Positions 1 to 11,400 of a DNA stretch of 64,000 bases are shown here, in pieces. The DNA lies in NCBI RefSeq assembly GCF_964355755.1, contig NC_092672.1:26728437-26792436 (forward strand), written 5' to 3'. Both the position numbers and the translations under genes were made by a program. The notes under the pieces are model-generated. The model saw nothing but the letters and a program-made list of their open reading frames with translations, did no database searches and was not told where the DNA came from. Source of the stretch: Antedon mediterranea. Taxonomy: Eukaryota; Animalia; Echinodermata. Each line of letters starts with the position of its first letter. Position 1 is the stretch's first letter.

Positions 1-828
1 TTTTCTCTTCAGCAGTGAAAAGAATCCAGATCTTTTTTATCATCTTTATCTTTTCTTTCAGCATTGAGTATTATGTGCACCATGTATATACAGAATAAAA
101 ACAGAGAAATCATTTCATTTACAATATTGTTTTTTGTTCCTGTAACAATTTTAAACCAAGTAATATTATCTTCAGCTGGAAAGCAATTAGCCAGCACATC
201 TTTAAATTTGTGCCATGTCCATTGAATGGCATTGCATTCAAACACCATGTGCTGTTCACTTTCTATCTGATTTATACAATTGTCACATACATTGTTTTCT
301 GTTAAATTCCATAGTTTTTTACACGGAAATATACGATGTAGGAGTTTAAAGTTGAATTGAGCAATTTTAACTATAATGTTTCATCTTGTATACCTTATTA
401 CTTTATTTATTTATTCCAATCTATCTACGTTATTTAGTTAACATTCCCATTTTCTTTGTGAACCTGGTTCACTGAAATGTTTGTTTATAACATTTTTATA
501 GTAGATAGATACTTTAATGTTCTTATGCAACAATGAATCATTATTCCCTACAACTTGATTATTTGGATTGTCTTTTCTAATCATTTCTTTCCACACATTT
601 GGTATGGCATTCATAAGCTGTAAATATTCAATTAAACCATTATGTTTTTTATACAAATTTGGAATTCTTTCACCTGCAGTCATTTTCTCCTCCAAACCTT
701 TCTTAATATAACCATTTTAATCTTCATTTATAATGGAACCTATAACGCCGTGTAACCTATTAGCCAGAGTATGAGCCATTATTTTATAATCCACATTAAG
801 TAGTGTTATTGGCCTCCAATTGTTTAAA
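1..828 (-). mobile_element. Decayed L1/Tx1-type non-LTR retrotransposon ORF2 remnant (RT N-terminus joined to C-terminal zinc region, centre deleted)
   Basis: Minus-strand translation NNWRPITLLNVDYKIMAHTLANRL (~740-826) is the L1/Tx1 RT domain-0/1 signature. It is followed by LIEYLQLMNAIPNVWK and KIAQFNFKLLHRIFPC...CDNC...ESEQHMVFEC (C-terminal Cys/His region). Stops and frameshifts are present. Confidence 0.8.
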
Positions 829-1191
829 GGCGTTTTGCTTTGCCAAAATACACAAATCATGCCAAAAAACACAAATCTGCTTTGCAAAAATACGCAAATC
901 ATACCCAAATACGCAAATAGAGGGTGCTATGCTTTGCCAAAATACACAAATCATCCCAAAATACGCAAAAAATTTCGGCAAAGCAGATTTGCGTATTTTG
1001 GTATGATTTGTGTATTTTGGCAAAGCATAGCGCCCTCAATTTGCGTATTTTGGCATGATTTAGGTATTTTGGCAAAGCATGGCGCCTACAATTTGCGTAT
1101 TTTGGCATGATTTGCGTATTTTGGTAAAGCATAGCGCCCTCAATTTGCGTATTTTGGCAAAATTCTTGCGTATTTTGGCAGGGTATTCACC
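829..1191. repeat. Foldback-like palindromic array of 18-23 bp units (CCAAAATACGCAAAT / GCTTTGCC)
   Basis: Units read ...CCAAAATAC(A/G)CAAATCAT... left of ~973 and as their reverse complement (ATTTGCGTATTTTGG) to the right. The overlapping ORFs at 796-1272 are repeat artefacts. Confidence 0.8.
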
Positions 1192-2474
1192 AACCCTAAT
1201 GTTATTATGGGAGTATGTTCCCGTACATGTTTGATCCAAGATGACCGGCGGGTAATAATTTATGCAGCGCATTGAGAGCTTGCTTATTGCGCTATATATT
1301 ATATATGAACTATTATTAATATTTTGTTTATGCTGATTTTGGTTTGGTTTTGGTTTGGATACATTTTTTCAAAAATAATTTACTTATTATTTAGTTGAAT
1401 TTAACCATTTATTATTTCATTCTATAAGTGAAAACATTATTGTTTCGGGTTTATTTTCTGCGGAAGTAATTGACTTGGTAAAAACTACAAAATGGCATAT
1501 TCAAAGTCCGATTTATTAATATTCATTTTTCAAGTTTTTTATAATCTTTATACTGAATAGTTTTCACGCTTCTGCTTTAGCCAGGTACGTCCCAAGAGGA
1601 CTACTCATTCAGAAGCTAAAGCAGGCAGCAGTTATAGTTCTAGAGGCCGACGTTGTTGGTACTTTGTAAACTAGTGACGGGTCATGCTAAAATTACAAAC
1701 CCCCAAAGCACGTCTGGGAGAAGAGAGTCTGTCAACATAGGCCAGTATTATAATAATTCACTGTCAAATAATAATTAAAACATTATTTCTGGTATTTACA
1801 ATAAGTCCCATTGACTGTCAATCTAGACCAGATCAAAACAGTCCATACAGTAATAGTAAAGTGTTTGATTGTAATAGAATACAATTTGTTGACACTTGAA
1901 GCATCTAGACTTGATGAAGTTACCCCCAGACTTGACCTTAAAGCAATAAAATAAACTAAAGTGACAGAAATTGAGTCTGTTTAGATGAATAAAGTATATT
2001 ATTTAGACATCATTATTTAAATTATTTAATAAGCATATCATATTTTACAGATTCAGTATTTTTTATTTTTTTATTTCAATTGCACAATTATGATATATCA
2101 AAGTATAAATTCTTGTTGTATTTTACTTCAAATACGAAAGTCACTTCTGTAACAAAAAAATAATATTTATTCATGTATAAAAACAGAAAAGAAACGTTTA
2201 ATTATAACCCAAAAACCATTGTCTGACAGACAAGTATTTTTTGCTTTAAATTACATTTTTTCAGTTAAATAATTGTTAATGTAAATAACTATTATGTGAC
2301 AATAACATGACACAATCAAAAACAAATTTGAAATAAAAAATATTTTTCAGGGGGACGATTATATTTAAAACTGTTACGTCAACAAGCGAGCAGCGTTTTG
2401 TAAGAAATATTTCTTATGATCGACGCGAAATGAAGGTATGCACGATAGAGGGCGTCATTTATGTAGCTACAAAC

Positions 2475-2486
2475 CAAGATGGCGGC
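2475..2486 (+). promoter_or_regulatory. YY1-type motif CAAGATGGCGGC overlapping the DNAJC11 start codon
   Basis: Exact match to the established YY1 consensus at the ATG (2479), a common arrangement in housekeeping genes. Confidence 0.5.
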
Positions 2487-5400
2487 GCCCATAGGTGATA
2501 GAGATGGTGGGAAAACGGATGATTTGTATTCAATACTAAACGCAAGAAAAGATGTAATTTTTATATTTAAATACATTTTTGCATGTAGATTTTGTCAAGT
2601 TTGACTTGATAAATTAAAAGCTAGGCCTAGCCTAGGCCTAGAGTCGTTTTGTTTAGTGGAGATAATGTGTGTGCACTATCCAGCCAGAACAGAGACTCTC
2701 TCTCTCTGTAATTGTAACTGTAGCCTGCCTAGGAGGCCCTAGATAGCGTCTGTGTATGAGACCTCTGACTAGGCCTAGGTCTATATTACAACTCAGCTTA
2801 GGCCTATCACTAGTAGTATTCCTAGTCCTCTCTATTTCTGAGTTGAACTTCTAGGTGCTCGAAGGCCTAGCCTAGCCTAGGCCTGGTTTGATTACTTTTA
2901 GTTTACCCTATCACACAGTCATGTTAATAATTATAATTAAGGATTATTAGAATTGATAGTTTGTTTCTCAATACGAAAAGCAGTTGTTGTGTTATGTATG
3001 GTTAACGAACAATGACCTCATTAGTGTAGTATAAAGTTTTACATAATTTTTACTTATAAGAATAAGACATAATTTATTTTACGCCGTGGCTAAAGATACG
3101 GTACCGTATTCTAACTTCTGTTTACTAAAGGTACGGTAAAATTGCATTACGTCATAGCCAACCAATGGGGTGCTGGTACGTGTGTGACGTCATCGTATAA
3201 GGACTTTGGATTTTTTTTCATATCGCGTCTCTGTTGTTTTGTGTAGAGAATTCCTATCGGCGGCGCCAGGCTGCGTGGGTGTGTGTGCGCTGCAGATGAG
3301 GGTTTTATTTTTATTCCAAATGGCCTATTTATGCCTATATTTTTTATTAAACTTTGTTTACAATGGTGACCATAAACAACAAGCAAATGCAGACAATAAA
3401 GGGGCCCTCAAATACTATGATTTTGACAGTAGCCCCAGGCTAACGAGTCACAGAAATCAGCGCACACATGCAGCTGGCCCCAGCCTGGCATCGCTTTCCC
3501 TACACAAACAAACTCATATAATGAGGTTATAGTAGGCGTAGTAGGCCTAGCCTAGGCCTCTTTTGAAACGGTTTTCTGTATTCTAGAATTAAAATCAACA
3601 TGTTTTGGCTTTTCAATAATAATAACAGACGTAGGCTACATTTAGTTTTTGTCACACACGATGGCGATAATAGCGATAAATAAAGCATAAAGAAAATGCG
3701 GTTGATCACTGTTTTCGCGATATGAAAAAAATCCACAAAGTCCTTATACGATGACGTCACACATGTCCCAGCACCCCATTGGCTGGTTATGACGTAATGC
3801 AATTTTACCGTACCTTTAGTAAACAGAAGTTAGAATACGGTACCGTATCTTTAGCCACGGCGTTTATTTTAATGCCATTTTATATAGGCATCTGAAGATG
3901 AGCTTAAGTCATCTTATCGACGTCTGTGTATGTTATACCATCCTGACAAACACATGAACTCAACAGATAAAGAAGCTGCAGAAGTGATATTCAACAAAGT
4001 GCAAAAGGCTTATGCAAGTACGTATTACGTTAGACTATTCTTTTGCTTGAATATAATTGCACGGCAGATCTGTCATCGTACTGGTTATACAACAATCAAA
4101 AACCTTTTAAGTTTTATTATTCAGTATAGGCTGCCCAGTTTTATGTTATACAGGCTGGATTCGTACCTTACTTTTTTCTAGCTCCTTCCTATGCTAATGT
4201 CATTTACTATTATTGTTATAATTTTATAATAAAAGAAGAAATGAATATAAATTTGAATTGAGTTGAATTGAAAATATTTACTGTCTATTACTGTACGTGA
4301 TAACACATTCAGTCTTACTGAGACTTTCAGAGATATTCATAGTTTTTATAACAGCAAAAACATTAATAAATAAAAAATACGAACATTTTAATAGCAATTA
4401 AATAGTCTGCTGAAGAACAAGAAAAAGAATGTAATACTAGTATATATTATTTGGTTTTTAAAAATAATTTCTTATTAAAGTCTTAAATTTCTACATACAA
4501 AGATTGTAAAGGAATATGTTGTAGCATTTATACTCAACAGACTCAGTAATAGATTTAACATTGATCTGAGATATATCTGATTCATGTGATATTTTATAGT
4601 CCCTACTGCTACATGATAGATTAAGCTGTGATTGTGTTAAAGTTATCTGTCTAAAAGTAATATCAGTAGTATTAATCAATTATTTTGTATTTATTCCAAC
4701 CAACCATTCTGTAGTTCTAAACGACCCACAGAAAAGAGCAATTTATGACATATATGGAGAGAAAGGTCTTGAGGCAGAATGGGATGTTGTGCCACGAACG
4801 AGGACACCGCAAGAGATAATGGAAGAATTTGAACGATTAGAACGTCAAAGAGAGGAGCGACGATTACAACAAAGCACCAATCCTAGGGTACTTTCAAAGT
4901 TTGGCTTTCACTTGATTTTTAAATTTTAAAGATGTGTGATGTGCCCAAATATGGTAGTGATATGCCCAAGTATGGTAATGATATGACATCATCATGTCCA
5001 TTATGGGCATATCACATTTGTTTCTTCACATAAAATATGATAGTGTAGATGGAGTTTAACAGATTCAAGATATAACAGGGCAACTGTTATCAGTTTTTCA
5101 GGTTTCAATATACACCCTTGATACTAAATTAATCTTCCTATCACGTAAATTTATTTGTTTAATCCATGTTTAAAGCTTGCTTTTCTCTTGTTTTAAATTT
5201 TTTTTTTATTTTGGTGTTGTACTCTAAGTATAACCTATTAAGTGTCTAGTGGAGTCCTTCCAGTGGTGAATTGGCCAGTACACCGGTAGGGATCCAGTCA
5301 AGTCGCCCCATCGCAAAGTCGCCCCATACAAAGTCGCCCAATACAAAGTCGCCCCATCGCAAAGTCGCCCCAAAACAAAGTCGCCCCGGCACAGTCGCCC

Positions 5401-8400
5401 CATTACAAAGTCGCCCCATCGCAAAGTCGCCCCAACGCAAAGTCGCCCAAACGCAAAGTCGCCCCAACGCAAAGTCGCCCCATCGCAAAGTCGCCCACGG
5501 TTTTATTTCGGAAGTGCCGCCGCTAGTAGTACGCTGTTTTAATCATTATAGCGGTTGCGTTTGATATCGATTGCGTTGTTACTTTGGTCGCGCTAAATGT
5601 CGTATACATTATAATGTTTATCCTATTATATACATAATTTGTGTTTTAATTTTTATTTTACAGGTTTTAATGGAGTGATGTGCTTTTTAAAAATCATTAA
5701 AAAATAGTCCCTTGTTTGAATTGAAAGTTCTAAAAAGATTTCGAAAAGATTATCCCTGATTTATAGTTTCGAAAATGTTAATTTAATATGATTTTAAAAT
5801 TAGTTACCAGAGCCACAATTACGAATCTTTCTTCAACCTACTCGTGGATACCAGCTCATTTTTTAGGGATAATATAATAAGTGTATAAATAGTAGGCCTT
5901 CGTATATTTACAGTAGTTAAAACAATAACAGCGTTGTAAGACAATAAATGTTATATAGGCTACTTAGGCCTATTGATCATTTGGCATTTATTGACAAGTT
6001 ATGTGTCTATAGTTATTTAATTTTAATTATGACTTTTCAAAATGAAGAAATAAAAAAAAGGGGATTTCTTCGCCGATATGATCGTTTTACACATGCAGGT
6101 ATTTTAGTAAAATTAAAACGCTACATTTTGACCATGGAAAAGCCATCGTATGATTATCGTGTGCGTGTTTTTAAAAAGGGGAATCCCCGACGGGCAGCAG
6201 AAAGACGTAGCAGCTGTGAGAAGGAAACAGATACCAGAAGGAGCAGCTCCGATTGGTTTCAGAGAATGTTTCAGATTGCGAGTCGCTTTTTATTCAACAG
6301 CAGAATGATCATTTTATTGAAGAAATTCTTTTCAACCCTTTTGGTTATAGAACATTCTAATTATCATGCCTAATAAATATCCTCATATCGGGTGTTTATT
6401 TAATTTTAATAAACAAGACAGTGAAGAGGCACGGAATAATACGTACACGGACGTACGACGAATACACACATGCACGTCATCATTTACGACATATAGTGGC
6501 GATATGATGCAATTTTATAATGGATATACTGATGGGATTGCATTTCCAGGCTTATAATCAATGTTCATTGTAATACTATGTATATAATAGTAAACTGAAT
6601 GTTTATAAATAAATTGTTTTACCTAATTTGTTGCATATAAAAAATAAAAGACACAGACGTACTAGCCTACGTTCCCTATAAAATATTTCACATTTAAATT
6701 TATGTACTGTTAAATGACATTATGCTGAATAATAGGCTTACTATAATCTTAAACTATGTTTACAAATTGTCATTTTTAAGGCACACATCTTTCTCTCATC
6801 ATAGACCTCAGTGTAAAATAAAAACAAAAATCAATTATTAACATAGGTCTAATAATAATAATATTCATCGACCAAAGTAAAAATAATCTATCGTATAACA
6901 TCATTTTATCGCGACCAAAATTAAACGCCACCGATTTCGAACGCGACTGATATCATCGTAAAACTCCGACGGGGTTTCCCCACCTTCAGACGGTGCGTTG
7001 TAGTGCGACAACGGCGGAGTAATTACGGGGGTTTCCCTCTCTGGTGAGAGCTAGCACTTTAGTGCGACCGCGGAGTGATTAGTTGGGGGCTTCCTCTCTG
7101 ATGATTGGGGAGCGTGCCGATCATGTGACCTGAGACTACATGGCGGGGCTTCCCCTGTTATGCCTACACGTTCCGTGTTATTTTGTGTATCATTGCGACA
7201 TTTTACGCACTTTTAAACTATTTTTTTACGTTTTGGGGCGACTTTGCGATTGGGCGACTTTGTGTTGGGGCGACTTTGCGATGGGGCGACTTTGCGTTGG
7301 GGCGACTTTGCGATGGGGCGACTTTGCAATGGGGCGACTGTGTCAGGGCGACTTTGTTTTGGGGCGACTTTGCGATGGGGCGACTGTGTATGGGGCGACT
7401 TTGTATGGGGCGACTTTGCGATGGGGCGACTTGACTAGCATCCCACCGGTACTGCATTCTTTAACATGCACATGAGCACACAGAACCAACACCTTGTAGA
7501 CGATGCGTTATCTACAAGGAAACCTACGTGTTTCACTGTCTAGCTCATAACACAGTGACACAGTTTAGCTGACCACGCTATATGCTGCTCTTTTATTGTT
7601 TGGTCCTGCGCTCATTTTATAGGCATGATTACTGTAGGTTGGCATTATTTAACAGTATTTTGATGCAATAATGGCCGATTGACCAACCCCTGTAATGTCT
7701 TGAAGTCTGAACCCTGTATTGTCTTGAAGTCTGAACCCTGTATATGTTAAAGTTTAATTTTAGCAATGCAATGTAATATTCAAGATTGGGAGAATCATGT
7801 AAAATGTATTGTTGAATTAATTTACTAATGTTCTATCTTTTGTGTGCCAAAATGTTTGCTTGGATCCACCTATACAGTGTCATTCTTTGTATCATTAAAC
7901 ATTTTGTATTAAATTGTTTTTTGTTCAGGGGATAATAAGTGTTGGTGTTGATGCCACTGATGTCTTTGACTATTACCTTGATCCTGAAGAAGAAAGGTAA
8001 CTTACTCATACAATATCAACTTTAAATCTATTTATTAATGTTAGGGTTATTATTATTATTATGTTATTTATATAGCGTATTCCACAACCAATGCGCTGTG
8101 GACTTTATGGATGTTACAATTCCAAGAACATGCCTCTCCAGTGGCTGTGGTGCGAGCCAGTACACCGGGGTAACCACCTACCTATGGTTTATAGTCCTTA
8201 ACCGAGAAGACACGCTTTACCACTAGAACCATGGATCAAGTGAGGCTCGAACACAGGCCGATATTATGGCTATGGGTTCCACTGTCTTAACCGCTCGGCC
8301 ATTTACTCCCAAAAGAAAATGGAATTTTTATTTGATCAGGATTAATTCCTTAACATGAAATAGGATTTTAATAATTTAATAACCCCTTCGCCTATTTAAT

Positions 8401-11400
8401 TTAAAATTAACTACCCTTATTTCATCTTCAGGGCTACAATGTACCATACTACAAAAGCAACTAGTACTGAAAATATTCCTACACCATTTTATCTCAATAC
8501 TCATTGAATGAAGTATTAATATTGATCCCAACCCAGACTAGTCCACCATGAATCTATACAATATTTTTAATTGTTTAATGCAATCATGTACATGGAATGC
8601 GTTTAATTGAATCAATTCATTTGTTTTTTATAATCATTTAATAAGTTGATAAATTTGATAAATTAAATCTTGAATGTTTATTTCAGGTCATTTCCAAGCA
8701 TTGAGATAAACAGTATGGCAATAAACCAATCAATAGACTGCCCACTAACGACCTCTGACACAGCAACACTTACAGGAAGCCTGACCACACGGAATGGCAA
8801 TGGATCGGGAGAGATATCTACATCATTCCGTAGGGTTCTGTCATACCAATCTTGGGGAGAAGTAAGTATTATTTGTTCAGTTTATTTTACTATTATAATA
8901 CAATATTAAAAAGGTATTTCATTATTGATATTATAACACACCTGATTGTATTCTTGCGATTTGATTGGTTAATTACGCATCACATGTCATTTGGAATTAG
9001 CCCTACCTAATTGAAAAGTGATATCTAATGGTGATAATTAAATCACTCTAATGCACGTTGTTGACTGATCGCTTGCCATCTGTAACTGTTCTACTCCGCA
9101 ACTAAATTTAGAACAGTGACTTTTTTAAAGGCCTAGCTTCCCAGCCTAGCAATGCATTCATCAATGATTTACAATCGATAAATTGAATAAAAGTAGGTGT
9201 GATATAAACAACATAAATGGAGAGAATATTTCTTTCAATAAAAATTAACTGCTTTATTTTCAACTTGGCTCTGCCTTGTTTAAATTAGAATCAACTTAAG
9301 AAATATTCTCACCATTCAACTCATAAACATTCATTGTTTGTATAATAATTTATTTAAAACTTCATGGCCCATAGACATATTAATAAGAACTATTATACAG
9401 ATATTGCCTGCTTAGAGGTGAAATATAAGATTTTACATCCCCAAGGGAATGATATTATGTTCGAGGGAATATATATTTCCCAGAGAACATAATATCATCC
9501 CAAATGGCGATATCTGTTATATTACATAGGCTCATAGCCAACAACAAATAGAATATCTGCTGGGTCGGGTAGCTAGGCCAGGCCTCCTTTTTTTTATTGT
9601 ATGTGTTATCAAGCTGCCTAGATACCGTACCTTGCGAAGAATAATATACAGATAATTACTAATTAATGATTCCTTGGCAATAAAATATTCACTAGCCTAG
9701 GTTTTTTAAATAATAACAGAATAATTTCCATCAATAAGCCTACATTAATAATAATAATATTATCAGGTAGGCCGAATATATAATAATTCGTCTTCTTCGA
9801 GCCGAATCACCGGATGTTCAGTGCGTCGCACGCGTACCGGTTACTACTGTGAGTATTAACCAATCACAAACGGTCTTTCATCACATCTAGGGAGGACTAA
9901 TAACAAATGAGGGCTATGTATGCATAGTTTAAATAGTTTAGTTGATTAATTTCTTCAAGCAAGTTTCGTGGCGCAGCGCATGAAGCGTTGTCTTGTGATG
10001 GAGTGACAATTTCATCGCGAGTTCAAGACCCAATAGATGACTTTTGTTTATTTATCGGCAGACGCGAAAATTTGCTGGATTTTATATGTTTAATGACAGG
10101 GACACGATAATTACGCGGAAATTACTCAGTCAATATCATCGTACTCGAGGATACAAATTATATGATTTACGATCCTCGCAGCGGTAGTCATGTCATGCAG
10201 TTTTAACCAATCACGTTCACGAATTTACATAGGCTATGTCATATAGTCAAATCAAACACAGTCACAAATCGACAAGCATTCCATTATGGAAAAGTACCAC
10301 CAAATTTATGTACTGTTTGTTTATCTTCAGGTTCAAGTTACAGGTGGAAATGGTCCTCAAGTTGGTCTTAAAGTCTTCAAAAATTTTAATCGTAGAAGGT
10401 TGGTTTGGTTAATCATCATAGTTTGCTTCATGAATATTATGATACCTTTTTTTGGCCTACTGTGTATGGAACAAGGGTGTAGACTCCAAAATTTGACAAG
10501 ATCTGGATCCATGCAGTTCACTATTTTGGATCCATTGTCATTTTCACTCCCTCGTTGTTCTTCATCATCATCATCTCTCTTTCATATTTTATTTTCTATA
10601 TTTTTTATAGCTTTTTCAAACACATAAAAATTAATAAAATAACATTTTGAATAAGCCATTTTGTAATTTTAATAAAGTTAATCACTTCAGTCTTTGTCAT
10701 GTATGTATTTTATTTTCTATATTTTTATAGTTTTGGTACAATGTCTGGAATATGTCAACTTACACCTCATGGCTTTTTAGCTCCAGCACTCATTACAGGT
10801 AAATCATTTATAATTGTATATATACAGTATCTGAAAGTTTGACCAAAAATCTTTTCTTTTTTTTTTACACTTGACTACATTTGTAGAATTTGATTACATT
10901 TGATAACAATTCAAATTCATCCTCTCCAAAAAAAATGGTATAGTAGCTCTGTGGTTTTCATGCTATAGTTGATGGCCAAGCGTTAAGGCAGCGGCGTCGC
11001 AAACCATAGCTATACAATCGGCACAGGTTCAAGGTGTTTTGTATGATGAGTGTAAATTTCTGAATATTTGTAGGTGTAATGTATGAAGTGTGTTTTTATA
11101 TGTTATACAAATAATTAATGTCTTCCGATGTGAAAGGAGTTTTAATATAGAGAAGAAAGCTATTACCATGCGTTTTACTATTTTGTAGTCGTAGCCAGGC
11201 AGTTAGACAAACATACAATCGGCTACGTAACATGGAAATGGGGAATGCAGTCAGCCATGACGTCTATGTTGATACGTGACACGCCAAACACACGACTTGT
11301 CTGTCAGTTACAAGTTAGTATATGGTTTTAGTCAATTTGTTCCTCTATGACGCGTTACACTTGATAAATAGAATATACACTAGGTGTATTTTATTAAAGA

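Noticed and set aside
796-1272. Several overlapping 60-100 aa ORFs
   Set aside because: Artefacts of the palindromic repeat array.
5948-6557. 141-aa and 63-aa ORFs inside the TIR element as a possible transposase or cargo gene
   Set aside because: No DDE, zinc-finger or other recognisable motif, and no convincing splice structure.
5224-7475. Repetitive ORFs (WGDF/GRLC/KSP repeats) and a CRISPR-like appearance of the arrays
   Set aside because: Units are contiguous with no unique spacers, there are no cas genes, and the context is eukaryotic. The ORFs are translations of transposon arm repeats.
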